DNA from: an uncultured Methanosarcinaceae archaeon
Lineage (GTDB): Archaea; Halobacteriota; Methanosarcinia; Methanosarcinales; Methanosarcinaceae
NCBI GenBank assembly: GCA_963733675.1
Contig: CAVTET010000012.1
Coordinates: 192,001-256,000, forward strand
Reading direction: 5' to 3'
DNA: 64,000 nt
The notes under the pieces are model-generated. The model had not been told where the DNA came from and did not search any database. It saw nothing but the letters and a program-made list of their open reading frames with translations. How positions within the stretch are numbered: position 1 is the first letter of the stretch; every line of letters begins with the position of its first letter. Of this stretch, positions 46,769 through 60,398 are shown piece after piece. Both the position numbers and the translations under genes were made by a program.

Positions 46769-47875
46769 ATGGATGAAAAGATTAAAATCTTGCTTTTTGA
46801 GGATAATTCTGGCGACGCAAATCTGATCGATGAGATGCTTGAAGAAATCGCCGACTTCCCATATAAACTTATAAACGTTAAAACACTCAAAGAAGGTCTG
46901 AGTCTTCTTAAAGAATGTCCATTTGATGTAATATTGACAGATCTAGGCTTACCAGATAGCAATGGTATCGACACTTTTCTTGATATTCATGCAAGGAATT
47001 CACGAATTCCGATCATAATCTTTACTGCGTCAAATGATGGGAAAATTGGGATGGATGCTGTAAAGAGAGGTGCTCAAGACTATTTAGTCAAAGGGCAAAT
47101 AGATGGTAGATTATTGAAACGTTCTATCCAATATTCTATTGAGCGCAAAAAAAAAGAGGAAGTAATCGCAAATATCGAAATTGCTCGTAAAAAGGAAATT
47201 CATCACAGGATTAAGAATAATTTACAGGTAATATCCTCACTTCTTGACCTTCAGGCTGATAAATTCAAAAACAAAATTGAAGTGACGGGTTTAGAAATCA
47301 TACATGCTTTCAGGGAAAGTCAAGATAGAGTAATATCTATGGCCCTTATCCATGAAGAATTATACAATGGTGGAAATCTCGAAGATCTAAATTTTTCACC
47401 ATACCTTGAGAAGCTAACTCAAAATCTTTTCCAGACTTATAAACTTGTAAATACCACTATAAGCTTAAAGATGGATCTGGAAGATAACCTTTTCTTTGAT
47501 ATGGAAACTGCAATCCCATTAGGAATGATTGTTAATGAACTTATTTCGAACTCCCTTAAGCATGCATTTTTAGGCAGAGATAAAGGAGAAATTCGAATCA
47601 AATTTTGCCGTGAAAAAACAGGGCAATATATAAATAGCAGAGAAAAAAGCAAAAATGAAAATTGTAATAGTATCATTTTTATTCTGACAGTTTCAGATGA
47701 TGGTGTAGGTGTACCTGAAAATATCGAGTTTGAAGATATTGAAAGTCTAGGATTCCAGCTTGTGACTTCCCTTATAGACCAGTTAGATGGAGAACTTGAA
47801 CTTAAAAGGAACAATGGGACTGAATTCACAATGTGGTTCACAGTAGAAGAAAAAAAGCAAAAATCAATTGATTAG
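46769..47875 (+). CDS. Receiver domain - HisKA_2 histidine kinase
   Basis: LLFEDN, LTDLGLPD, GAQDYLVK; EIHHRIKNNLQ; NELISNSLKHAF; DDGVG. Confidence 0.92.
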   Translation: MDEKIKILLFEDNSGDANLIDEMLEEIADFPYKLINVKTLKEGLSLLKECPFDVILTDLGLPDSNGIDTFLDIHARNSRIPIIIFTASNDGKIGMDAVKRGAQDYLVKGQIDGRLLKRSIQYSIERKKKEEVIANIEIARKKEIHHRIKNNLQVISSLLDLQADKFKNKIEVTGLEIIHAFRESQDRVISMALIHEELYNGGNLEDLNFSPYLEKLTQNLFQTYKLVNTTISLKMDLEDNLFFDMETAIPLGMIVNELISNSLKHAFLGRDKGEIRIKFCREKTGQYINSREKSKNENCNSIIFILTVSDDGVGVPENIEFEDIESLGFQLVTSLIDQLDGELELKRNNGTEFTMWFTVEEKKQKSID

Positions 47876-47999
47876 GGCTTGTAGCTTTCTTGGATAAATT
47901 CTCCGAATTACAAGATATAAAAATCCTATGGCTCTGTCACAATTCTTGAGATTTAGATCGTTATGTACTTAATACTGCTGTTTTTTAGTTCAACTACGT

Positions 48000-48720
48000 A
48001 AAACCTACTTTTTTAATCATGGATGTTGTCGTCATGAAATTTCAGCAAATTTTTAGCATCGTATTTCCACCTTTCTGGAACTCTTATGCTACCTTTACTT
48101 CCGTCACATCTCGCGTTCTCGTCCCTAAAAAATCGATCACTGAATCAACGTACGGCGATCGTCTAACATTTACATCCATGAGTTGAAATATCCTGACATT
48201 ATTTGAAACCCTGTAAAACTCTTCTAGCAATCTCAGAAGAAACTACATTGACAAGTTATCCGTATAGAGAAAAAGCAAATGATAGCACAGTGCTAAATCA
48301 AACTCTTTGTCACCAAAAGGCATCCATGGTAGCTCGCCTGTCCCATATCTCCTCTGAATTATGCCTTTTGGGAAATCTTCAGAAATTTCGCCATAGCAGA
48401 CATCCTGATCCTTTCAAGCTCCTCAACTGAGATAATTTCTTTACAACTAATTATCAAAATTTTTCCGTATCTGGTTAGTTACTTCATAATATGCTTCACT
48501 AATCATCTATCTGATCTGGTCAGCGTTGAAATAGTAAACCGGATCTACAGATGTAATATTTCCACATCGCTCTGTAAGCTCTGCATTGAAGCTTGCTGAT
48601 CCATCTCCACATCCATTTATCTTTGCTCAAAATCTGCAGGGTTTAGACTGAACATCCTAACATACTCATCGAAAGACCTGCCCCAGGGCTCTATATCACA
48701 GTACCCACTTGTAATATTGT
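48000..48720 (-). pseudogene. SAM-dependent methyltransferase remnant
   Basis: PWGRSFDEYVRMF and GCGDGSASFNAEL...SVDPVY fragments with frameshifts. Confidence 0.7.
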
Positions 48721-49471
48721 ACACTATAATGCATATAATTGCACAATACATATATAGAATATTCTTATTTTGGTTCTGCGTACTAGCATTTTGACTTCTG
48801 AGCGTACCGTGAATTTAGTAAAGTTATATATTTTTGTTGAACTTAGGTAAAAATATCCCCTTATTTGAGCTAAAACTGAGAAAATGAGTCGATTTATCTA
48901 ACAAAAAATTCACATGATCGTCTTCTATTATTTATTGATATTTTCAATATTGAATTTCCAGTATAAAAAATACTTGCCTTTTCATTCATTAAAATATATT
49001 CTGTTTTCATTTGACCAAATAATACACAAATAAAAGGCATCATTTTTACTGAAAGGGCAAAGTTAGGCTCTAAGGTGAAAAATTAGCCAACGTACTAAAG
49101 TAGCTGATCAAATATAATAAAGGATTCCCCCACCTTGTGAAAACGTAGAGTGAGTTTTCATGATTATGATTTGAATAGCTCATTGACCCACCAAAAATTT
49201 AATTTCAAAACAATAAATTGTTCCAAAGAACTCAAACAACGGTTGATAGAATAACTAATCACCCATGAGATTTAAAAAAATTAACTTTAAGAGTTCCTTT
49301 TCAACAACTTTGTATACTATCAAAAAAACGATATCTGAAATACTTAATTGTATACAGTTGAATTGTCAGTATTGAACCCGACTCAAAGGGTAGACAATTA
49401 ACAATTAAACAGATATTAAAATTATGAGTAGAAACCAAATTAATCTGATTTCAGTTTCATGTTATTCGATT

Positions 49472-50881
49472 TCACTTCCCTTTAAGATATTCACCAATCG
49501 CCTTTGCAGCTTTTTTACCTGCACCCATTGCACTGATCACGGTTGCTGCACCTGTGACCACATCTCCCCCTGCAAAGACTCCACATTTAGAGGTTGCTCC
49601 GGTTTCCTCATCTACAACCACAGTACCCTTTTGGTTTTGCTCAAGACCTTCTGAGCCTTTAAAGATAATGGGGTTAGGAGACGTGCCTATGGCAATGACT
49701 ACAACGTCTGCAGGGATTTTGAATTCCGAGCCTTCCACAGGTACAGAGCTTCTTCTGCCTGATTTATCAGGTTCACTAAGTTCCATTTTGATACATTCGA
49801 CTGCCTTGACATTGAACTTCTCATCGCCTAGGATGCGGACAGGGTTTGTAAGAATCCTGAAAATAATGCCTTCTTCTTTAGCGTGCTCGATTTCTTCCCT
49901 GCGCGCCGGCATCTCTTCTTCTCCGCGGCGATAGACTATGCTTACCTCTTCTGCACCCAGTCGGAGAGCAGAGCGAGCTGCATCCATTGCTACATTCCCA
50001 CCTCCAACTACTACCACATGTTTTCCGCATCTTACCATTGTATCATATTCAGGATCATAGGCTTTCATGAGGTTTACACGGGTCAGAAATTCATTTGCGG
50101 AATATATTCCACTAAAGTTTTCGCCCGGAATCCCCATAAAGTTAGGTAGACCTGCTCCAGTGCCCAAGAAAACAGCATCAAATTTATCACAGAGTTCATC
50201 TAGGGTCTTGATCCGGCCTATTATATAGTTTGGCTTGAATTCAACCCCAAGCTGCTTTATATATTCGATTTCTTGCTGCACTATTTTTTTTGGCAGCCTG
50301 AACTCCGGTATGCCGTAACTCAGGACTCCCCCAGCTTTATGAAGGGACTCAAAAATTGTAACCCTGTACCCCATTTTTGCAAGATCTGCTGCTGTAGTAA
50401 GGCCTGCAGGCCCTGATCCGACAATAGCTACTCTTTTTTCGGTGGATTTCGTGGCCTCAGGAACCTTCCAGTCGTTTTTGTTTTCAAAGTCGGCGCAGAA
50501 ACGTTCGAGCCTTCCGATTGCCACAGGCTGTCCTTTATTTCCAAGCACGCATAATGCTTCGCACTGGGTTTCCTGGGGGCAGACACGCCCGCAGATCGCA
50601 GGAAGGGCGTTGTTGTCTTTAATTTTTCCAATTGCCCCTTCAAAATCTTCCTTGCAGATCAGTTTGATAAATCCAGGGATATCCACATTTACAGGGCACC
50701 CTTCGACACACTTAGGCTCTTTGCAGGCGATGCATCTGGAAGCTTCGGCAAGGGCATCTTCTTTTGTGTATCCGAGAGTTACTTCATTGAAGTTCTTTCT
50801 GCGCTTTTTGGCAGGCTGTTCGGGCATAGGAGTTCTTCCTTTTTTTGCATTTCCTGTTTTTTCTTCGTTTCTTTCTTGCAT
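49472..50881 (-). CDS. nfnB: NfnB/SudA (GltD-like) NADPH:ferredoxin oxidoreductase large subunit
   Basis: RCIAC..PKCVEGCP, CGRVCPQETQCE, GSGPAG, GGGNVAMD, GGDVVTGAATVISA; start placed at MQERNE. Confidence 0.88.
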   Translation of the reverse strand: MQERNEEKTGNAKKGRTPMPEQPAKKRRKNFNEVTLGYTKEDALAEASRCIACKEPKCVEGCPVNVDIPGFIKLICKEDFEGAIGKIKDNNALPAICGRVCPQETQCEALCVLGNKGQPVAIGRLERFCADFENKNDWKVPEATKSTEKRVAIVGSGPAGLTTAADLAKMGYRVTIFESLHKAGGVLSYGIPEFRLPKKIVQQEIEYIKQLGVEFKPNYIIGRIKTLDELCDKFDAVFLGTGAGLPNFMGIPGENFSGIYSANEFLTRVNLMKAYDPEYDTMVRCGKHVVVVGGGNVAMDAARSALRLGAEEVSIVYRRGEEEMPARREEIEHAKEEGIIFRILTNPVRILGDEKFNVKAVECIKMELSEPDKSGRRSSVPVEGSEFKIPADVVVIAIGTSPNPIIFKGSEGLEQNQKGTVVVDEETGATSKCGVFAGGDVVTGAATVISAMGAGKKAAKAIGEYLKGK

Positions 50882-50897
50882 TTTTAATCTCCTTCTT

Positions 50898-51743
50898 TTA
50901 GTGCAATCCACACCTACATTCCTCTTCATACTTTTCTGCAGCTTTTTTTTCTTCACTGCGATACGTTGCAAGCCTGTTGATGAGCTCTACAAAGTCAACC
51001 TTCCGAGCGTTGAATTCAGGTCCGTCAACACAAGTAAATTTCGTTTTTCCGTCGATTGTAACCCTACAGCCTCCGCACATTCCTGTTCCGTCCACCATAA
51101 TGGAGTTAAGGCTAACCAGGATTTCAACGTCGTATGGAGAAGCTACATCAGCTCCTACTTTCATCATGATTGGGGGCCCGATGATTACAACCCTTGCAAC
51201 CTTTTCGCCACTGTCAAGGATCTTTTTCATAATGTCGGTTACAAATCCGTGGTGTCCTTTTGATCCATCATCAGTTGCAATAAATAGTTCGGAACTTACT
51301 TTTCTCATTTGATCTTCAAGGATGAGAAGATCCTTATTTCGAGCTCCTATAATTGAAATTACTCGGTTGCCTGCCCTTCTATAAGCTTTTGCCAAGGGAT
51401 AAATGGGAGCAACACCCACTCCTCCCCCTACAAGAATAACATTACCGAGATTCCTTATATCAGCAGGAGTTCCGAGGGGTCCAACAAAATCTTCAAGTGA
51501 CTCACCTGCTGAAAACTTAGCAAGCTGCTTTGTTGTCTTGCCCATTTCCTGGAAAATTACGGATACTGTTCCTTTTTCATTCTCAACATCGAAAATAGTG
51601 AGGGGAATCCTTTCCCCAAATTCATTAAGTCGGAGAATTATAAATTGTCCGGCTTTTGCAGCCTTTGCCACGTCAGGTGCATCTATAACCATTCTGTGTA
51701 TCGACGGGGCTATTTCTTCCTTTTCTAGTATTTTATATGCCAT
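50898..51743 (-). CDS. nfnA: NfnA/SudB small subunit (PyrK-like FAD/[2Fe-2S])
   Basis: GERIPLTI, GPLG, GGGVGVAP, MVDGTGMCGGCRV, CVDGPEF; start placed at MAYKIL. Confidence 0.88.
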   Translation of the reverse strand: MAYKILEKEEIAPSIHRMVIDAPDVAKAAKAGQFIILRLNEFGERIPLTIFDVENEKGTVSVIFQEMGKTTKQLAKFSAGESLEDFVGPLGTPADIRNLGNVILVGGGVGVAPIYPLAKAYRRAGNRVISIIGARNKDLLILEDQMRKVSSELFIATDDGSKGHHGFVTDIMKKILDSGEKVARVVIIGPPIMMKVGADVASPYDVEILVSLNSIMVDGTGMCGGCRVTIDGKTKFTCVDGPEFNARKVDFVELINRLATYRSEEKKAAEKYEEECRCGLH

Positions 51744-53662
51744 GATATCACATTTTCCAGAATATATATATATTTTTGAATAAATTAATGGTGAACTTAA
51801 TTTTGGCAGAGCCTCTATAGGGTTTATTCCTTCCGCACTCTCTTCCTGGACGTGCTCCTTATATCGGTTATTGGATATATATTCTTCCAAATAATTTTAA
51901 TTATTTAGTATATTTTGTACTGTCAAACTAAGCTTACTATTGCCAAACGAGGATCTAAGGGTTTAGATGAAAAAAATTTCAGGTTTGATATGTTTGTATT
52001 TTTCATTAAGGAAGGCTGCAAAAGTTATGGGATTAGTGCAATAGAGGAGTTTCTGAGGTAATAGCAGAGAAGAGATTTCATAGAATTACTGAGGTTGTTA
52101 AAACTATAGCTGAAAAATATTATGAAGGTATACTTATGTACTCGCTTTGTGAAAGTTTTCTTTTTTGCAATGATCCTCTATGAGATCTAAATAATGCAAG
52201 CTATTTTAATATTTAGCATATACAGACAAAGGAATCGATGGAAATTAGATAGTTCTGTTAGGCCTATAAAAATATTCTTAATAGTCCTAAGCAAATATTA
52301 TTTCTTAAAGTTGTTTGGATCCTTTTTGATCTTAGTTAGTATCGATGGTGAGAGATGATCCAATAGATTGGACAGTGAAAGGAATTGTATCTAAAAGAAT
52401 TAAATAAATCCAATTTATAGGTTAAATAATTTTTTAATTTTCATTTATTGTTATCCTTCACGAGATTGGATTTTCACTTAAGAATATGTAAGCTATTACG
52501 ATCTCTTATATTCGAGTCTAAAAATTATGTGTCATGGGCACATAACTTCTGCCGAAAAAGTCAACCTGAAGATTTGAGCATAAGAAATGAAACTATTTAA
52601 ATGCTGTATTGTTTATTGTGTGCATTTGTTCACAGTACTTCTGAAAATCCAATATTTATCTTCACAACATTAATTTATATAATAATAAGTAACATAAACT
52701 TATTCAGCATCTGAGATTATGTCTTTTGTTTCCCCCATTTAATACTACATACCCCAATCTCAAAAAAATGCCGTTTACTTTTGAACATCTTCTCAAATTT
52801 GAAACTTCAGCTGGACACAAATCATTTTTAACAAATCATATGGCTTGAAATCTCTCTACCCTTTTTTGTTGAGAAACCATTAAGTAGATAATGACGGTTT
52901 CCGTTGATTTGTAGGCTATAGTGAGTCATTTGATGATTTTTCACCAATTATAACCTTTTTGTGCTAATTTATCGATTTAATTCGGTATTATATGGCATTT
53001 TTACTGATTAAAGCGAATTAATTTTGGGATTTATTTGTTAATTTATAACTACCATGAATACTTAAATCGTTTACCGCTTTTGTTTATTATTACTTGAAAA
53101 ATAAATAATATTTATTCAGTAGAATAATAAACAAATATTTATTCTGTGACTTTGCAAGACAGCAAGTAGAATATACCTATTCAATATCTCTCTGATTTAT
53201 GAATTTCTGTTTGATCGTATGTAACTAATTACAGTCCGTTTACGGTTTCTGGTAACAGAACCATAGGATTAATTTCACTTTTATCCCCATGTGAGGAATA
53301 TATCTCTAGCTATTTTCTCAGGCACGTGAATTCAGATGTTGGTATCCAACTCTTGTGGATATAACCAACTTATAGGCTACTGGTAGGCACAAGATAAGGT
53401 TCTATTCGATGGCAATGGAAAAATATCAGCCACCATAACATCAATCATAGAGTCGTGGAAGTGGTTTACGTGGGCTATGCGGGCTCAGGAGCTTTGGACC
53501 GTATATTTGGAAAATGATTTAGCAACAGTAACATATGTTTTAATAAAAACTATGTTTTATCTGCACAATTAGTTAAAAATATCCAAATATGTTGGCTGAA
53601 GACTGTAGCTTTAATTCCCATAGAATTTTCTTTAAATCGGCTACTGACACAAGAATTCTTTC

Positions 53663-54226
53663 CTAAGTAAGCGTCAAAATTTCCAGAATTGGCCAATAGT
53701 CGTTATCCGATTCATTTGCGATTCTTTCAAGGTCATATATTTCACCTAATCTAAGATCTGTTGCCGAATTTTCTGATTTATCAACAGCTCCTAATTTGTC
53801 AACAGCCATCCTAAAAAGTTTTAAGTGTTTGGGATATATTCTCCTACCAAAACATATGCCTAAAACCCACTTGAAATAAGCATAATTAAAAATAAATATT
53901 GGTATAAGAACACCATAATGTGTTTGAGTCGGCTCCGATACATAAGAGAACATAACTGAGAAAATTCCGAACAATACAACTATTACTGGAACTACCAATA
54001 ATGCTATGGCATATAATATATCTGTTATTAGACCACAATAAAGGAGATATTTCAAACTTATCTTAAGCCCAGTATTTATTAAATTTTTAAATGCAAAAAC
54101 ATAGACTGATAAAAATAAAATAGTTGCCATACCAAGAAGCACATCGTGTATGGAAAACCGATCCGATAAATAGTTAAACCCAAATTCATTTAGACTATCT
54201 TTGTGTGAAGATAATGTTAGCAGCAA
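53663..54226 (-). CDS. Hypothetical multi-pass membrane protein (possibly 5'-truncated)
   Basis: 187-aa ORF with several hydrophobic segments; no family recognised. Confidence 0.4.
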   Translation of the reverse strand: MLLTLSSHKDSLNEFGFNYLSDRFSIHDVLLGMATILFLSVYVFAFKNLINTGLKISLKYLLYCGLITDILYAIALLVVPVIVVLFGIFSVMFSYVSEPTQTHYGVLIPIFIFNYAYFKWVLGICFGRRIYPKHLKLFRMAVDKLGAVDKSENSATDLRLGEIYDLERIANESDNDYWPILEILTLT

Positions 54227-54738
54227 AGCTCAGGCACTAAATGTGCAAAAAACTTTGAGATGAAGATTGGAATCAATCTTTATTGATGCTCATCATGTAC
54301 ATCTTTTCGTTTGTTCTGACCAAAATATTTTCCGTCAAGAGTGCTGCAGATTGTTAAAAGTGTCATAGCAAGGAAAATCTTTAAAGAATACTATGAGATT
54401 AAAAAAACATAAAATAATGAAAAAGTTATGTCTTCATGATGAGTTTTTCGCCTTTTCATTTTTTTATGGATTTTTAGTTAATGCAGTCAATTGTCAGTGG
54501 AATTAATGTTAAATTTTGGTATTTCAAAAAAATGTTAAAAGGCCTCAATATATTAAGGTAGTAAAATAATTAATTTGCTTCACTCCATTTTATTAAGTCT
54601 TTTTCAATATATAGTTACCTATGAAATTTATTACTGTTGAGCTAGCAGTATATTTTCTAGCTTTAGCGGAGATACAATTCACAATGACTGCATTTTTAGC
54701 TGATACCATCACTAAAGTCTCATATCAAGAATGCTGTT

Positions 54739-55662
54739 TTAAGCTTGTACACTTCCAGTAACGTACATATAGATACTACCAGACTCTGACCACACTACTA
54801 CATTGTCTGAAACAACAGGTGTTTGTGCAGTGTTACCAGATGACAATTGTTTGCTCTTTCCAGTAGCTATGTTGTAGATATATACATCACCTAATTCCAT
54901 ATTACCCAGGTCATTATGCTTTAAATACACAATGTTGTTGCCACCTATGCTAGTTGCACCACCAGTATCATACCCTGTCAAATCATCACCAGTTGTGACT
55001 TCGATCTGTTCTTTCGTAGCAATATCATACATGCGGACATTGCCTAGCCTGGTGTAGAGATCAGACCATATGACATTATTGCCAGAAATATGTGAAGCTA
55101 CGTTGTCACCATATTGGCTAACATCTATTGCTTTTTTAGTGATAATATCATATACATAAATCTGCGGTTTATCTCCAGCAGAGTCAGAATCATACGATAC
55201 CATATTGCCATAAATATCAGGATTGGTTCCAGCTGCTATTTTAGTTTGTGTGCGTGTGGATATATCACGTATGTAGACATTCGAATTTGCACTCCACACG
55301 ATTTTGTTGCCGTAAATAGCAGGAATACTTCTAGAGTCTACATCTTTTGTAATGTAAGATCTAGCCTTAGTCTTGAGATCATATACAGTAAGCTTCGACG
55401 TTACAGTACTTTCATCATGCCACACTAATTTGTTTCCAGAGATAGCTGGATGAGAAGCTGCAAAAGAGCTAATTGTAGTTCCTTTTTTAGTTGACAGATC
55501 ATAAACGTGGATAACGCCACAATTTGTCCACACTACTTTATTTGCATCGACAACAGGGTCAGATCCACTACCAATTTTTGTATATCGCACGGCTGAACTC
55601 ACCGTCGATGCCAAAATCAGAAATATAAGAACTGAACATACTGGAAGCAATCTACTTTTCAT
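54739..55662 (-). CDS. Secreted beta-propeller repeat cell-surface protein
   Basis: Signal peptide MKSRLLPVCSVLIFLILASTVSSA; repeated PAIxGNKxVW...YDL/YDI units. Confidence 0.85.
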   Translation of the reverse strand: MKSRLLPVCSVLIFLILASTVSSAVRYTKIGSGSDPVVDANKVVWTNCGVIHVYDLSTKKGTTISSFAASHPAISGNKLVWHDESTVTSKLTVYDLKTKARSYITKDVDSRSIPAIYGNKIVWSANSNVYIRDISTRTQTKIAAGTNPDIYGNMVSYDSDSAGDKPQIYVYDIITKKAIDVSQYGDNVASHISGNNVIWSDLYTRLGNVRMYDIATKEQIEVTTGDDLTGYDTGGATSIGGNNIVYLKHNDLGNMELGDVYIYNIATGKSKQLSSGNTAQTPVVSDNVVVWSESGSIYMYVTGSVQA

Positions 55663-55718
55663 TTTATACCCCACGAAATACAATTTGTAAAACCAAAATG
55701 TTTTTTGACCTATATATA

Positions 55719-55806
55719 GGAGATTTCGATAAACTTCTGATTTTCACGAATTATTCAGATAGAAATTATAATCGAATGACTAAATTCAGGGTTTATAAAA
55801 TTTCTC
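55719..55806. mobile_element. MITE (family B), about 88 bp
   Basis: GGAGATTTCGATAAACTTCTGA ... TCAGGGTTTATAAAATTTCTC imperfect inverted ends, TATA on both flanks. Confidence 0.6.
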
Positions 55807-56652
55807 TATAATAATATAAATTTCAGATTAATTTTAATTTACTGGAGATAATTCAGTCAAGTTTTTTATTTTTTTTGCTTGTTACCATTTTAATATAAGT
55901 ATTGCCCAATATATAATTAGATAAGTAACTTTTCTTCTAATTTTAGATACTTATCAATACAGATTCCGAAAACATAAAATGTTACATCAATTTACCAAAC
56001 TTTATTTGTTTTTTAAGAATTAAAATTTAGTCCTTTGTTTCTTGTGCCTTTGTTTGCCTTTGCTTCCTTTTTTCAGGCTTTACTATAGGATTTATTTGAA
56101 ATATATATTTGATAAAACTCGCTTCCATTCTCTGTAACTATAGTCAATTATTTTTGACTCTGAAGCATAGATGTACGTATATTAAAACCTGGATAGATCT
56201 TATGGTTTCACTTTATTCCCCATCAAGTCTTGGCTAGTGTTATAACAAATTAATTAGGAGTTGTCTCAATAAACTCAAACTCCTCCCAAATCCGACATTT
56301 CGAGACATAAATAATTGTAGAATTTACTTGCCTATCTCCCAACATTATTAATTGAAAGTGATATTGATACTTAATCTACTTTCATATTGCAAAAATGTAT
56401 GGCATTCGTGTATGTATTTGTGGAAGTGAGATGGCGAAGTTTTATTCTTGTGAAATTTTGATGGAAAATTGGAAGAAAATAGGATTAAACTATTAAGAGC
56501 TAAGTAAGCCATAACAACTTTATTCATAGATAGGTTTATGTACTGTGAGATCTTCTATATATTGTCAGACTTAGTTGTCTGAAGCCTTTATCCTCTGAAA
56601 TAAGTCCTCCATGACCATTGAAAGTCCAATTACTGGACACAAATCTAAATTT

Positions 56653-57080
56653 CGGTGGCGCACCCCCTTTGCTTGCAGCGGATTATGGTCGCGCCATCGC
56701 TTTGCCTATAAATAATTATTCAAAATCAAATACTTTCAATTTGCTTATATGCTTCTTTCTCTGTATGATTTCCCTGATTTTCAACATGTTTCTAAGTGCA
56801 TAGAAAGTTGTCCCATCACCCACAATTCCAATGTAACCTCCCTCACTCAATAGTTCATCAACTCATGATTATTTTTTAATCTCATAGTATTCTTTAAAGA
56901 TTTTCCTTGCTATGACACTTTTAATAATCTGCAGCACTCTTGACGGAAAATATTTTGGTCAGAACAAACGAAAAGATGTACATGATGAGCATCAATAAAG
57001 ATTGCATCAAACCCAAGAACAGTACCCTTTACAAGTTTCAAAGCCTATATCGTTCGAATAGCTGATGCTTCCAATGTCTA
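56653..57080 (-). mobile_element. IS200/IS605 tnpA remnant with terminal hairpin
   Basis: KYFPSRVLQIIKSVIARKIFKEY and SEGGYIGIVGDGTT fragments; degenerate version of the 44713-44754 palindrome at about 56654-56697. Confidence 0.75.
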
Positions 57081-57590
57081 AAAAATATAAGATGTTTCTA
57101 CAAAATATACTAAAATTCACAAAAAGTGACGACAAGAAACTAACATTTCCTGTTCTATAGGTGGTAACAATGTCATAGAATTTGAGTAGAGCTCGAAGCC
57201 AAAATAGCTGACTGTGAGGCAATTTAAGCCATTTTCTTGAGTAGGTGATTCCGCACAAATTGGTTAATTAAAAAACTACTGTACAGACTGAGATTAAGTC
57301 ATTTATTGACTAATCAGCAAAGGCGCAAATCTATTATAATTTATGATATTAGAACCACATAATATTAATACCAATTAGTCTAAGCTAGTACTATAGATCC
57401 AAGAAGTATATACTAAATTAGATTTAATTATAATTTTATACTTTTATCGTACCTCCAAGTAGAGATTCAATCGGAATGTAGGCATTTCCCCGCAGCTTAC
57501 ATGATCAACTTTTTAACATCTTAGTTCAGCTGGATTACCTAAAATAATAGAAAAGAAGAAAGTAGAGGTAAATCAGTATCCTCTACAGTT

Positions 57591-58910
<1,320 letters not shown>

Positions 58911-59058
58911 CTATAAGCCTGTTGTGGAAAAAGTAGTGTGCCGATTTTTCTGCAAAATCATAAACCTAAAGAAGTTATTGGATAGAAAATTCTAGCTGAA
59001 GGAACCGGGGAGAATAGAAACGTTAGGGATAAAAAGGCTGACATTGCGAAAGAAAAAA

Positions 59059-59210
59059 ATATACAAATATGAGTATTGTACCCGAATATTACATATATAA
59101 TAATTTGTATCATTAATCACATATAATTTTACTTGTATAATTAATTACAGATAATTTAACTTGTATTTCTATTACAAGTAAATAACTTTTATTCTTAACT
59201 ATAAGTAAAA
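59059..59210. repeat. 28-bp-period array of ACA-N12-TGT palindromes upstream of satD
   Basis: ACA at 59063, 59091, 59119, 59147, 59174 (spacing 28/28/28/27); TGT at 59077, 59106, 59134, 59162. Confidence 0.8.
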
Positions 59211-59544
59211 AAAGAAAATGATGGCGTTGTATCATTATGGGAAAGAAACTGTTTGTTGTACAAGGTGATATTATAGATTCCAGAAAAATAAAATACAGGG
59301 ATGAATTTCAATCTAAATTGGAATCTGCTTGTAAGCGCATAAATAAAAACTTTGAAGAAGATATCTATGGAAATTTAAAAATAATAAAGGGTATAGATGA
59401 AATTGAAGGTGTCTTGAAGAAGATATCTAGCATTTACAAAATAATCACCATAATCCAGAAATCAATTTCTCCGCATAAGATTCGTTTTACTGTAGTATAT
59501 GGGTTTATTGATACTGCAGTGGATTCAAAGAATGTAGAAAAAAT

Positions 59545-60398
59545 GGTTCCGTTGCAAAAATCCTTTCTAATGATACAATAGAATAAAAAGAAAACCAAAG
59601 ATAGTAGTATGCTATCTAATTCCTTTAAATGGAAGCATTATGAAGGGGAAATTATCTTATTGAATGTAAGATGGTACTTAAAATATGCATTAAGTTATAG
59701 AAATTTAAAGGAAATGATGGCAGAAAGGGGAGTAAAAGTCGACCATACAACAATCATGAGATGGGTACATCAATATTCCCCTGAAATAGAAAAGAAGATA
59801 AGAAGACATTTAAGACCAACAAATGATTCGTGGAGAGTTGATGAAACCTATATCAAAGTAAAAGGTAAATGGAAATATTTTTACCGAGCAGTTGACTCAA
59901 ATGGAGATACAATTGATTTCATGTTAAGTTCAAAACGAGATAGAAAAACAGCGAAGAGATTCTTTAAGAAAGCTTTAAGTTCTAATCATAGTCAAATTCC
60001 AAGAGTAATAACCGTTGATAAGAATCCAGCTTATCCACCTGCTATAGATAAACTAAAAATTGATAAAATACTACCTAAAAACGTAGGCATTCGACAAATC
60101 AAGTATTTGAATAACATTATAGAACAAGATCACAGATCTATAAAGAGAATCGTTAATCCAATGTTAGGATTTCAGTCTTTTCGATCTGCTAATAAGACTT
60201 TAAAAGGAATTGAAGCTATAAATATGATCAAAAAAGGACAAGTAATCGATCTAAATTACTCTGTTCTTAATGAAGTCAAATACATTAATCAATTATTTGG
60301 TATAGTTTTATAATGTTAGTACATTTTCCTTGAATGTTTTGATTTTTATTAATCACTTATAGATTTACATATTTTGTTGAAGTTTTTGCAACGGAACC
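59545..60398 (+). mobile_element. IS6-family element, copy 4 (canonical short form)
   Basis: GGTTCCGTTGCAAAAA at both ends; 8-bp TSD GAAAAAAT at 59537-59544 and 60399-60406. Confidence 0.97.
59609..60313 (+). CDS. IS6-family DDE transposase (234 aa, intact)
   Basis: VDETY, TVDKNPAY, IEQDHR motifs; full length. Confidence 0.95.
   Translation: MLSNSFKWKHYEGEIILLNVRWYLKYALSYRNLKEMMAERGVKVDHTTIMRWVHQYSPEIEKKIRRHLRPTNDSWRVDETYIKVKGKWKYFYRAVDSNGDTIDFMLSSKRDRKTAKRFFKKALSSNHSQIPRVITVDKNPAYPPAIDKLKIDKILPKNVGIRQIKYLNNIIEQDHRSIKRIVNPMLGFQSFRSANKTLKGIEAINMIKKGQVIDLNYSVLNEVKYINQLFGIVL

Noticed and set aside
50442-51783. Long plus-strand ORFs opposite nfnAB (likewise those opposite coaBC, gatD, argH, serS and fdh)
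   Set aside because: Antisense shadows of well-supported genes with no motifs of their own.
50882-51890. Longer N-termini for nfnB (50971) and nfnA (51890) from the ORF track
   Set aside because: Extensions overlap the upstream gene or promoter region and lack family similarity.
59059-59210. CRISPR interpretation of the 28-bp array
   Set aside because: Units are adjacent with no unique spacers, are degenerate, and no cas genes are present.
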